From contig NC_082717.1 in NCBI RefSeq assembly GCF_030144855.1, positions 5,456,001 to 5,520,000 of the forward strand: DNA of 64,000 nt. The letters are read 5' to 3'. A program made the position numbers and the translations under genes. Shown here piece by piece: positions 13,701 to 26,400 of this stretch (position 1 is its first letter; each line of letters begins with the position of its first letter). The stretch is from Hypanus sabinus. Its lineage: Eukaryota. The notes under the pieces were generated by a model that made no database searches, was not told the origin of the DNA, and saw only the letters and a program-made list of their open reading frames with translations.

Positions 13701-16515
13701 GCCTTTCGCTTCTACTCTTGCCACTGGCCTACTCCCAAATATGGCCACTCTGCTTTTACCTTCTGTACTTTTATTTGGTTCATAGAGCTCTGTTGATGCT
13801 GCTGATAGGCCTCATACATTCAGGGCCAATAGAAACAATCTCTAAGCAATCCATTGGTCTTTTCAACCCCAAAATGGACGGAATCATCATGAATTGATTT
13901 CAACGCATTCCCTCAGTACTTCTCCAGTAGAACCAGCTGGAAATGCCCAGGCCAGTGCTGAGGTGATGTGACCCACAAATGCTACTGAACACCTTCCAGC
14001 TCTGTAGGGGCCAGTCGCCATGATCTTTCTCTGAACAGGGTGTCCTCAATCACTTGGATAGTGTAGCGAGTGCTCTTGGAACAACCCACATCAAACTTCT
14101 CAGGAGAAAATACACCTTCCAGCTTCAACATCTTCTCTATCAACCTCCTCTTCCAACTTGCAGCTACTGGGGTGTCCCCAAAGTTGAATGACTCAGCGGT
14201 CAACATTCCCTTGTTCAGAAAGAGTTTCTTCCTGCCGTGTCTCACAGGGACACTAGACATTACCATCACTGGGCTGCCATTCTGTTCGCCTGTACAACCA
14301 AGGGCTTCTGCAGTTTGGGACTCACAGGTAGCCCAATAGGTAAGCCCGACTCCTCTTCCTGGTCTTCTGCAGCATCCACTAAAAGGTCCTCGGATTCAGC
14401 CATTCCAAGAAATTTGAGGTTTCCCGTCACACTCGCCACTTCCCCGGACCGTAAAATGATTGGCTTTGACAAGGTGAACCACACAGTCCCTCGTCTAAAC
14501 TCATTATTTGGCCCAATGGAGTCATGCACATCCTCAAAAGCAACTCAAAACACTGGGTGAATGGACAATGTTCTCAGAAAGCTCTCTCCAGCTTTCTCCT
14601 TGCAGGCTCCCATGAGCCTCCACACAGCAGGAGTATCGGTCCCCACAAAAATTGAAACACCACCCTTCTCAACAGGGTCCAGATAAACCAGTACCATTGT
14701 ATCAAGGACCTCAGCCACTCCCATATCGGCTTCGGAGAAGTCCAGCTTCGCTGACAACTAACCATCGTATGGATAAGCACCAGCACTGAGACCCCAGATC
14801 TCTAGTGCACTGAGTAGTGTCAATGGTAAATGCTTCAGATACTGGTTGTAAAATGAATGGTACAGCAAAGTGACCTGTGACCCTGTGTCAAGTATAGCTC
14901 TAGCATAAATATTCCCTATCCATAATGATACACTGGAGCTTGGTCCCACTGAGCCTTCAGGAATAGGGTTTTTTGCTTTAGGGTGTTCCTTAATATATTG
15001 CTGGGAATGTGTTTCCCCGAGACACCAGGCCATTCCCTCACTAGGTCTCTTCTAAGTTTGCTGATGTCTCTCTCTGCTTAGGTACCTGGGAGCTCACTCT
15101 CTGAGACGTTTCCTGTCATTCACACTCCTGCCGGAAGTATCCCTCTTCACCACAGTTATAACAGACAATACCAGCCTCTGCCCTTCTATCGGGAACCCAG
15201 CTGCTAGCAGCCCCATGCATAGTTCGTCCCCTTAGAGGGTCTGCCTCCCTATCAGCTGCATCATACTGTGGGGGGTTGGGCACACCCACTGTTAACAACC
15301 TGGAAATCTCAGTTCTCAACTCTGCCATGATCTCCTTTACCACTCTCTGAGTTAGTTGGGCTCTCCATGGTTATTTCAACACAACGGACTACTACCTTTT
15401 CCAGTGCTTGCATGTAAGTGGTAGCAGTGGCAAGGGGGTTCTGTGCCTGTACTGGTCTCACCACATCAGCAGTCAGCCCTCTCAATCAACCAATCTCTGT
15501 CTCTTTGCGTCATCAGAGCACTGCCACTCATCTAACAACTGAGAGGTCTGCTCCGCCCAGGTCTCATACTCCTCTTCCGCTTTGAGGAGTGGACTTCATT
15601 TCAGAAAACATTCTCAGCTTTGATAGCCAGGACCCTCTGCCTGGGCACTGGGCCATTTATTTGTCAGGGAGGTAAGGGCAGCTACCAGCTCAGAATTCTC
15701 ACTCTTCGCTAGACATTCCAAATCAGACCACTCCTTCCTCTCGCTCCACAGAAATGAGAGCTCCCTGTCTTTGAAATCTCCACACCCCGCGATGGGAGAC
15801 TTGACCTGTGATTTGGCCAACTCCCCTACACTCTACTTCTCTCAGAAAGCATGGGCAGTCCATGGCCCCGGGGGCCCCAGTGGTACCAGGCAGTTCCACT
15901 GCCATTATGTCAACATGAGACTGGACTAAAACAAAGTTTTTGCCCGGCATTTTATCAAAACTCCAGCCCACAATCATAATTTTTACTACAGCTTTAACAG
16001 CACTTAAAATTTGAATTAAAAATTCATCAGGGGTATGAATGTCTAGCACAACCAATATGCACACGTTCATTACCAGTAACCCTGTGGATTTGTACTGCCA
16101 CTGAACTTCTGCAGCATCCATACCCACATATTGTAATCACTTTACCAGCCAATAGTTCAACACAGACTTAAACACACAGCCCACTGAATCAAAGCTCAGG
16201 GCAATCACATAGCATCTAATGAAATCGATCCCAGATGATAACCCAACAATAAAACACTATGATTCCGTCGACTGCACAAATCCAGGAAATGATGATCTCC
16301 GGCCCCGCCAAACGTGGGAAATTGAAGTGTGAGCTCCAAATCCCCTGTTTGTGTGGATTCTGTATAAATAAGTACCACAAAGTAGCAGACAGTACATTGC
16401 ATACAAAGATTTAGCTTTATCATTCTTAACTTGATTAAAGGGTTAGTAAAGAAAAGGGCCCATTTTAATGAAACAGTCTAATGTGCACAAGTTGGAGCTC
16501 ACAGTTTCCCCTTTG
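7730..16515 (-). mobile_element. Ty3/Gypsy LTR retrotransposon with PNMA-like gag; RT/RNase H internally deleted; interrupted by a CR1
   Basis: Related LTR copies at 7730-8308 and 16250-~16515 (truncated). Purine tract next to 8308; degenerate tRNA-Pro PBS (tgggttatcatctgggat on -) next to 16250. Gag starts ~16120 with EEEYETWAEQTSQLLDEWQC and CYNCGEEGY; protease ILDTGSQVT (14758-15033). The RT start (FRERSWRLAP) is joined directly to the integrase zinc-finger region at ~13980. Integrase core/C-terminus at 8400-9880. Confidence 0.9.
9885..13825 (-). mobile_element. Near full-length degenerate CR1 LINE (ORF1 with zinc finger and SGNH/GDSL esterase; ORF2 APE-RT) nested in the Gypsy integrase
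   Basis: ORF1 pieces VECSSC, AIVIGDLIMRG, DGLHLNPRG. ORF2 start MVLKILYPNARSIRNKVDDL; the RT is antisense to ORF 10489-10965. 3' tail gaccataagacatagg on + at ~9887. Confidence 0.9.
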
Positions 16516-16660
16516 ACAATGGTTGCAGTCCCCCCATCTTGTAAAGACACTGTCCAGAAGAAGGCAATAGCATACTGCTTCTCCGGAAATATTTGCCAAA
16601 AACAATCACGGTCATGAGACCATGATCACCCACATTGTACATCACGGCACATAACGAACA
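16515..16660 (+). mobile_element. 3' end of an RTE-related non-autonomous retroposon
   Basis: cagaagaaggcaat...atttgccaa...accatgatc...cacataacgaac, a tail typical of RTE-derived elements; recognised by eye. Confidence 0.5.
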
Positions 16661-17159
16661 AACAAATGAAACATATGTCACCATACACCACCCAGAGTTT
16701 CATTTGTTTGTAGGCATTCATTATAAGTAGAAGAAAATACAATAGAAGCAATGAAAAATTGCACACAATAGAGACACAGAACATAGGGTTCACAATGGTA
16801 TGCTGAACAAATTCTATTAGTTTATTATTGTGACAAGTACCAAGATACAATGAAAATCTTGTCTCACAATCTGTTCATACAGATCAATTCATTATACATT
16901 GCACTGAATTACTTAGAGTCTGGAGCAGGAGTCCCTAAGGCAGTCTGACGTTCAGTTCAACGCTGACTGGTAATTCTCGTGATACTTCTGGTGTCAAACT
17001 GTATCGGACTGTACCATTTCTTTGAGTTCATCAGATACTTGGAGACAGGGTCTTGCTACATGGGTAACCGCTTGCTCTCCATATTATGGAGATTATATTT
17101 TATTATATTACCCAATTTCCCTCGGGATCAATAAAGTATGTCTGTCTGTCTGTCTGTAT

Positions 17160-17800
17160 ACTGGCTCCAAGGGTAGTCATAGCCGAAGGGTGGTAGTGGG
17201 GACGAGCTCCCACTGCTAAACAAATGCTCTTCATGGTGTACATCTCAAACAGCCTCTGACAACCAAGACCAACTCCTGGCCTTCACGTGTGGCGTAGTTC
17301 TTATGCCCGGCGGAGCTGTTCTCACTGACAGGAGAAGGGGCAAAGGTGGGCCACTGGCTCCTTAAAACCAGTTGCTCTGGGCAGATGGGGCTTGTTAACC
17401 ACGGATGGTAGCTCATCTCGGAGAGGGAAAACTCCGATTTCAAACTTCAGCTGCCTCATGGCTATACCCGCTCACGGGAAAGGCTTCGGGAGTAAACCCC
17501 AAGGAAAAATCAGGAGTTGGAGTCCCGAAGGCGGCTGACTGCTGTACCCAGCACTGGCACGGCAACTCCTGTGATGCTACTGGCACCAAACTGTATCGAC
17601 TTTTGTCGTTCCTTGGGACCTGTCATCAGCATGGGGGGGGGGGGGGTCCCACTGCATGGTCAAGAGACGGATCTCCATATCATCTCTGCCCTGGCTTGCG
17701 CCCTGGAGAAGCCACTCCCAGTGACTACCAGAGGCACAGTACCCATGGTCGACCACGACTGACGGAGGCCACTCACTCCATATTGTATTGACCAGGCATG
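17160..17800 (+). mobile_element. 5' UTR-like portion of an RTE-related retroposon
   Basis: GC-richer block with gagggaaaactccgatttcaaac and gggaaaggcttcgggagtaaacccc motifs resembling RTE-clade 5' UTRs; recognised by eye. Confidence 0.5.
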
Positions 17801-18239
17801 CATATCCAGACAGCTAGGACATAATATCCATGCTCAACACTGACCAAAAGAGGCCTCATAGAATAATACAGCACTGTACAGGCCCTTCGGCCTATAATGT
17901 TGTGCCTTTTAATCTACTCCAAGGTCCACGTAACCCTTCCCTCCGACAAAGACCATAAAGCTTCCTTTTTCTTTCATCCATCTGTTTATCTAATGTATCA
18001 GTTTCTAAAATGTCCCCAATTTATTAGCCTCTACCCCACCCCTCGAAGCACAGTCCCGGCACTTTCTGTGTGGGAAAGAGGTACCTCTAACACGTATCTC
18101 CCCTTACATTCCTACACTCACCTTCAGAGCATGTCTTCCCCTTTTGGCCATTGCTGTCCTGAGAAAAGTCTTCAGCTGTCCACTCTGTCTATGCTTGTTA
18201 TAACCTTATGCACCTCTATCAAGTCACCTCTCATCTTTG

Positions 18240-19175
18240 AAAGTTCAAAGTAAATTTATTATCAAAGTAAATATATTTCACAATATACAAACACAAGAGA
18301 TGTTTCCTTGGAGGCATACATAGTAAATCCCAGAAACGTAATAGAATTAAAGAAAGACCACACCCAACATGCAAAAGACAACAAACTGCAAATCAAATAG
18401 AAATGTAAAAAATTGATAATAAATATATAAGTAATAAATATTGAGAATATCAGATGAAGAGTCATTGAAAGTGAGTCCATAGGTTGTGGAAACATTTAAA
18501 TGATGTGGTAAGTAAAGTTATCACCACTGATTCAGGAGCCTGATGATTGAGAGGTAATAACTGTTCCTGAATCTGGTAGTGTGAGACCCAAAGCTCCTGT
18601 ACCTTCTCGTTGATTGCAGCAGTGAGAAGAGAGCCTGGCCTGGGTAGTGGTGGTCCCTGATGATGGATCCTGCTTTCCTGTGACAACGCTCCATGCAGAT
18701 GTTCTGAGTGGTGGGGAGGGATTTATCTGTGATGGACTGGGTCGAAGCCACTACTTTTTGTAGGATTTCTGCAGGTAATGCAATACCTGACCTTTCACCC
18801 TTTGCTTCCCACCATCCAGCACTCAGTCTTTCCGGATGAAGCAGTGAATCACTTTTACTTCTTGAGGTACCTCTTTTGAGGATGTTAATGGAATAAAGGG
18901 TTGTGCCCATGATGGAGGTGACTGAGTCTGTAACTCTCTGCAGCCTCTGTTGATCCTCTGCACTGGAGCCTCCAACCCAGACACTGATACAACCAGACAG
19001 AATGTTCTCCGTATACATCTGTAGAAATCTGCTGGAATTTTTGATATACCAAACCTCCTCAAACTCTGAAGGAAGTAGAGCTCCAGAGGTGCCTTCTTTG
19101 TAATTACATCAATGTGTTGGGACCAGGAAAGAATCTCTCAGATGTTAATGCCCAGTAACTTAAAGTTCACATTCC
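18240..19175 (-). mobile_element. Rex/Babar-type LINE 3' fragments
   Basis: ORF 18521-19018 (MYTENILSGCISVW...QRLQRV) and NFKLLGINI at ~19170. Confidence 0.75.
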
Positions 19176-19177
19176 TG

Positions 19178-19369
19178 AAGGTTTTTCTGACATTGAGTGA
19201 GATGCTGTGGGCAGTCACACAGGTGAACTGTTATTCTCCATTTCGAAGTGTGTAGAAAAGATGCTGAGCTGATTGACAAGTGAAACATCACTGCCAATGG
19301 CATTGTTAGGGCATGAACCCTCTTTCATCCCGGGTGTCTCTGATTGCCAGTCTCCCAGCTTGGCGCCCG
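19178..19369 (-). pseudogene. Degenerate Ig C1-set exon, C-terminal two thirds
   Basis: Minus-strand translation GAKLGDWQSETPGMKEGSCPNNAIGSDVSLVNQLSIFSTH, then after a frameshift NGE*QFTCVTAHSISLNVRKTF. This fits the E-strand S-L-x-x-Q-L-x-I and F/G-strand F-T-C-x-x-x-H patterns. Non-repeat island between a LINE and an LTR. Confidence 0.45.
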
Positions 19370-22300
19370 AGAGACCCGCTGTTCTTCAGGTGCATACTTT
19401 TAGGGAGTAAACTCTCCAGTACCACCAAATCCATGATATTGGGATGTCTCTCCCACACAAACTCCGGCTTCAGTAAATGCTGTGTGATTGCTGCCAGTTG
19501 CAACTTGTTGCCAGGAAATAACAGACCACACACTGCATTTAATTAAAGGATGTATATTTATGAATATTAACTTAACTAAAGAGAGTAAAGAAAATAAAGA
19601 AATAAAACCACAAGAAGGGCCCATTATAATTAAACAGACAAATGTGCACAATTTGGAAATCAACTCTTCTAAAAGTCATATTCACCAATCCTCAGCAGAC
19701 TCCCACAACTTGCTCCATTGAATCACGGACCCACTGGATCAAATTCTTTGAGTGGTTCCCTCCAGCGCCTTCTTTCTTCATCCCCCCCGGAACAAAGGTG
19801 TCAGCTCACACCGGTGTCAGGCACAAAATCCCACTCACTCGGCGTTCTCTCCTGATTGGATGGCTCACATTCCTCAACCGCATCATCGCTAACAATAACC
19901 CAAACACTGATTCTACAGAAAGACCATTACATGAACTGCCCTACAACGTTCGCAGTGAAACCTTCACCAGGGGTTTTACATGCCCCCCCAACAAAAATAG
20001 TAATGTCCCTATGACTTTGAGATAATCTATTACCCTTTCATGAATAATACCAATCTTTAAAGGAATTTTGTGATGTCAAGATCTCTGATCAGGTGTAAAT
20101 GGCAGTGACATATCTCACTTAGGGGTTAGGCGCCACACACTGTTGCCCCGGTGTGACACAGCCCAGCCCATTAAGAGTTTCCTGACTCTTTGAGACCTCC
20201 TTAGCTCTCTACATGGAGGGGCCTCTCCCTGTCCATTACTCATGCCTCCTGACAAATCACGTCCACTTGTCACTTGGCTGAGCTCAGCTTCATGCCCAGT
20301 TACTTTAGAGTCCAATCTCCCACCATTGTCTGACCACAAACCTGCCTGCCCACCACTAGTTCCTCCATTTCACATCCATCAGCGTGGAGAGGGTTAGGAA
20401 TCTATTTGACACCTATTGGGGTGTTTTCCAAGTGCAGCATTAACACACCCCCATTTCCTCATCCCCTGAGTCCATATCACATTCAGGTTTTCAAGAGTCA
20501 GCTCATGCATGTCCAGGTCTTTCCACGGCTAGTCTTTCAGTTCTTCCACGTTACTGCAGATTTCTATTATTAGGTGTAGGGTCTGTTTCGGGCTCTGGGT
20601 CAACACGCACCTCTTGTACCAGAAGTAGAAGATGGTTCCAATGGAGAATCATGACAGGCCCATTCCCATCCTCTGGTTTCACCCAGAAAACTGATACGTT
20701 TGGCAGCTGATTCTCCACTACATAAGGGGTAGCCATCCAGTGATCAGCCAACTTGTATTTCCCAGGTAGCCCCAAGTTCTTTATGAGGACTCGATCTCCA
20801 GACATCAAATGGGAGAACCTACCCTTCTGATCATATCTCCTCTAATTTCCTTGATTTTGCTTGGTAGCGGAGACCTCGGCTGGTTTATAAGCCCTTTCCA
20901 GTTCCCTCCTCATACCAGACACACACTTCCTATATGTCTTCTGTGGCAAATCATCCTCGCACGGGCCAAAACAGAGGTAAATGGGCAACCTTGCCTCATG
21001 CCCAAACATCAGATAATACAGCAAATACCCGATAACTTCATTCTGTGCACAGTTGTAGCAGTGGATCAGGAGCTCAATATGTTGACTCCACTTGTTCTTT
21101 TTGCTGATCTCCAGGATTCTGAGCATGTCTAGCAATGTCTGGTTGAACCTCTCGAGCTCGGGATCACCCTAAGGGTTATAAGGCATAGTCTTGGACTTCT
21201 TGACTCCAAGCATGCTCAAGAACTCATTTATGAGACGACTCTTGAAATCCCGTCACTGATCGCTGTGTATCCATCTGAGGAGGCCATAATGAACAAAATA
21301 CTTTTCCGATAACACTTTGGCCATGGTGGACGCCCTCTGATCCCTTGTAAATAAGGCTTTCTTTATAGCTGGTGCAGTGATCTGTAATAACCAAGACATT
21401 CTCCGTGTTGTTGGAATCAGACTATACTAAACCATACACACCAGATTAAGTGGCCTCACACACTGCAAATGGGATAATGGAGTGGCCCTCATAGGCAGTG
21501 TTTTCCTACATACACATCGAATTCATGACTCACAGTACTCTTCAATCTTTGGCTTCATTTGGAGCTCATACAACCGATCTCTGAGCAATCCATAGGTCTT
21601 GTCAATCCCCAAATGACCTGAATCATCATGAAATGACTCTAACACAATCCTCCGATACTTCTCAGGCAGAACCAACTGGTACATTGAGGACTATCTGGGG
21701 GCAATGTGACCTGGTATAGGATCTGGTTCCTCAACTCCATTCTGGACCATTCTCTCTGTAGTAGACACACCACAGGGTGCTTCATCTTGTCTGCTTGGGT
21801 CATGTCCCCTTTTGCAATTGCTGACCAATGGCACTTATGCACGGGTCATCTTGCTGAGTGGCAGCCACTTCCCTGGGACTCAATTCAGGCAACTGCTTTG
21901 TTTTCAGAGCAGTCAGGTTGCAGTAAGCTTGTGGAATGGCACCATTAGAAGCTCCCAAATGATCTATTGCTTGATTCTATCCTTGCCTTGCCTCTGACTT
22001 GCTCATGATGGAAAACTGCCACATGGCTTTGACTCCATGGCAGGAATACTCTCCCACTCTCTGTCCCTGTCCAGCCCTTCATGTGCACATTGGGACAACG
22101 CTTCAGTATCAGTGTTCCAACTCCCCAGCCAGTACTTCAGGCTAAAATCATAGGGAAGCAACACTGCCAACCACCGATAGTTGTGGCATCTGATTTCACT
22201 GAGGTCAGGATAGAAGTTAAGAGATTGTTGTCCATCCTCACCTTGAAATTGAGGGCAACAGACACCAGCTGACAGATGCAAGTGGTCTCAACCCTGTATC

Positions 22301-23444
22301 CTGATCTGAATACAGGATGCCTCTTAAGCCCTCTCTGCTGGCATCTGTGTGCAATACATATGGAATTGAGGTTCTGCAAAATCCAGAGCTGGTGCTTTTA
22401 TCGGCAGCTCCCTCAACAACTGATAGTACCCATAGAATCCAAGGAATGAGTGCAGGGTACTCACTGTCTGGGATCTTGGCCATGTAGTCACTGCCTCTAT
22501 TTTTGACGAAACGTACCTACTCCATCCTGTGAGACTATGAGCTCAACAAAGCTAACATTCATCTTGCAGAACTGATACTTGTCCAGTGAAAGTTTTAACC
22601 CTTCATCTTTCTGGCGGCCCTGCACCTTCAGTAACCTTGCTTCATGTCCCTCCAAGGTGGACCCAAACGCTATGAGATCATCCATCCAGGTACACCAGCA
22701 CCTCAAGCAAGTTCATATTCCCCACAGCTTTCTCCATGAGTGAGTGCGTGGAATGGGCTGCCAGTGGTGGTGTTGGTGGCAGAAATGATAGGGACTTTTT
22801 AAGAGACTCCTGAAAAATAGAGGGCTATGAGTAAAGCCTAGGTAGTTCTAAGGTAGGGACATGTTTGGTACAGCTTTGTGGACCGAAGGGCCTGTATTGT
22901 GCAGTAGGATTTCTATGTTTCTATGACACGCTGGCAAGTCACCGGTGCTCCTGATGTTCCTGGGGCATCCTTTCAATCTGGAAGAATCCCAGTGGACATA
23001 TAAATGCCGTTATCTCTTTATCAGCCTCACTCATGGGTATCTGATAACACCCTGTCCTGGGGTCCAGCACACTGAACCACTTCACACTACTCAGGCAGGC
23101 CAGCATGTCCTCGATTTTCAGGACCATGTACCAGTCAGGGACTGTGTGTCAGTTCAGAGTCCGATAGTCAACACACATCCATACCTTCCAATTCTTCTCC
23201 CTGGCCGCCACTATTGGAGATGAGTAAGGGCTTCTGGACTCAGTGATGATCTCAACTTCTTTCAACTTCCACAAATACTGCTAAGCGTCCTCCACCTCTG
23301 CAGGCACCAGTCACCTTTCCCTGAACAGGGTGTCCACTGTGTCCTCGGATGGTCTGGCGAGTGCTCTTGGAAGAGCCTACATCAAACTCGTCAGTAGAAA
23401 AGTCATCGTCCAGCTTCAACATCTTCTATATCAACTTTCTTTTC

Positions 23445-26400
23445 GGGGGACGTCACGTGATGACGTAGGGTCAAGACCTTGGGAATCCAGCTCCCTCGTA
23501 AAAAGTAATGAAATAGGGGTTAAATGAAGAAGAATTAATAAATACCTACTAGAAATTATTTATAAGGAACTCAGGATTATTTTTGGATATGGCTCCTAAA
23601 CCGAAACAGAAGAAAGCTATTACTTTGAAGACTGCGCAAATCGGCGGGGAAGAAGGCCTAACCATATCGGCGAAGCCTCGGACTCAAGTTGGATCTCCTC
23701 CCGGCAAAGTGCATGGCACGTCTGATGATGCGGGACAGGAAGTTGCAGCAATGTCGGCGGTCCCTAAGAAGAAACGGCAAGAACAACGCATGCACGAAGA
23801 AACAAGTATGCATGAACAGATATTAACAAAACTACAAATCTCTACTACGGCTGGAAGTGAATCGGAAGTGGAATCAGACTCTTTGGGAAATACAGAAGAT
23901 GAAGAAGAGGAAAAGAAGAAAGAGATTAAAGGAGACATAAGAGATATCCTGCTATATATGATGAATGAATTAAAAGCTATAAGAACACATATAAGAAGGA
24001 TGCAGAATACACTCGATAATGTGGTGGAAAAACAAAAGAAGATGGATAATAAAGTTAAAGAGATGAAAGTAAAAATGGAAGAAAACACTGAAAGAATAGA
24101 TAAGATAGAAGACAATAATCTTGCCTGGACAATTGAAAGAAAACTGATGTTGGAAAAAAAAAGATGCGCTTGAAAACTCTAGTAGACGAAATAATATTAA
24201 AATTGTTGGTCTTATGGAAGGTACAGAGGGAGAAAATCCAATAAAATTCTTTCAAGAATGGATTCCGAAAATTTTGGAAATGAAAGAAGGAAGCCAAGTA
24301 ATTGAAATTGAAAGAGCACACAGAGTTTTAAGACCAAGACCTCAACAAGATCAAAATCCAAGAGCAATTTTGATAAAATGCTTAAGGTATCAAGATAAAG
24401 AAATGATCTTGAAGGCAGCTACTCAAGGTGCTAAAAAGAGAAATGGGCCATTGATAATAGAAGGGAAAAGAGGTTTTTTTTTATCCAGACATAAGTTATG
24501 ATCTTCTGAAGAGGTGGAAGGAATTTAATCCAGTGAAAAAATCTTTATGGGAAAAGGGCTTTAACTTTTTATTGAGCTACCCAGCAAAATTGATCATTTT
24601 CCTGGATAACGAAGAGAGAAGATCTTTTGTTGATTACCAGAAAGTGGAGAAATTTGTACAAGAATTATTTGATGTCCACGAAGAGGACTAAAGAATTATA
24701 GAAATGAAGTGGACTAATGATGAAGACTGAAATAAAGTTGGACTTGATGGACATTTATAAGGAAAACAAAAATAGTTTAGGAGTATTAATTGGGAGTAGA
24801 GACATTAATTATTTTCTTTTTTTTTCTTCACTAATATGTTTTCTTTCTTTTTTTTTTGCGGGGGAGCTGGAGGAGCTCCTGATCGATGGCTGTGAGTTTC
24901 ACATGTACAATCATGGCGATTGCCATGACCCGTAAAATGGGGGGGGGTGTAATGTTGTGTTCTTTTTATTCACAACATTAGTGGGGGGGTATTTTGTTTT
25001 TTTTTCTAATATATTAGTTAACTTTTTTCTATTTTTCTTCTTTTTTGCCTGGATGGTTGGGGAGAGACTCATAGCAACATGGAGAATTTCAGAGTTCCCA
25101 AGATATTATGAATGATTAATTTACTTAATTTTTAAAGTTTTAATGTTAATGGAATTAATGGACCTGTGAAATGAAAAAGAGTTTTAACAAATATTAAGAA
25201 AATGAAAGGAGATATAGCTTTTTTTACAAGAAACACATTTAACAGAAACAGAACATAAAAAGTTAAAGAGAGATTGGGTTGGAAATGTCATTGCAGCTTC
25301 ATTTAATTAAAAATTGAGAGGAGTTGCAATTTTGGTTAATAAAACTTTACCAATTAAAATACAAAATGTAGTAATTGATTCTGTGGGGAGATATGTGATT
25401 ATACATTGTCAATTTCTTTCAGAATTATGGACTTTTATGAACATTTATGCACCAAATGCAAATGATGCAAAATTCATACAAGAAGTTTTTTTTGTATTTG
25501 GCTGATGCACATGATAAAATATTAATAGGTGGAGACTTTAATTTTAGTTTAGATCCAGTTTTGGGATAGGTCAACTAAAGTTGCTATAAAATCAAAAGTA
25601 ATAAAACTAACTTTATCATTAATGAAAGATTTAAACCTGATTGATATATGGAGAAAAATTAATCCAAGAGAAAGAGATTATTCATTTTATTCAAATAGAC
25701 AAAACTTACTCAATAATTGATTTTTTTTAATTATCAAAAAATATTCAGGATAGAATGAAAAGTGTGGAATATAAAGCAATAATACTGTCAGATCATTCCC
25801 CCTTGATAATGACAATGATAATGATGGATAAGGAGGAATCGATCTATAGATGGGGATTTAATTCAATTTTATTAAAACATTAAGATTTTTGTGATTTTAT
25901 GAAAAAACAGATTCAATTTTTTTGGATACAAATTTACATTCAGTTGAAGATAAATTTGTATTATGGGAAGCAATGAAAGCATATTTAAGGGGTCAGATTA
26001 TAAGTTATACATCTAAAATCAAGAAAGAATACATGGCAGAAATAGATCAATTGGAAAAAGATATCATAAAGTTAGAAAAAGAATCTCAAAGATATATGAC
26101 AGAAGAAAAACGAAAACAACTTGTTAATAAAAAATTACAATATAATACACTCCAGACATATCGTACAGAAAAAGTAATTATGAGAACTAAACAGAAATAT
26201 TATGAATTAGGTGAAAGATCACATAAAATTCTTGCTTGGCAGTTGAAAACAGAACAGGATTCTAAAACAATAAATGCAATTAGAACAAGTGTAAATAAGG
26301 CTACTTATAAACCTTTAGAAATTAATGAAACTTTTAAAAAATTTTATACTGAACTATAGCAATCAGAATCACAAAATAAGATTGTTGAGATAGATAAATT

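Noticed and set aside
19370-19420. KYAPEEQRVS motif resembling the C1 B-C loop
   Set aside because: Comparison with the LTR copies at 7730 and 46997 shows this stretch belongs to the LTR, so it was excluded from the C1 evidence.
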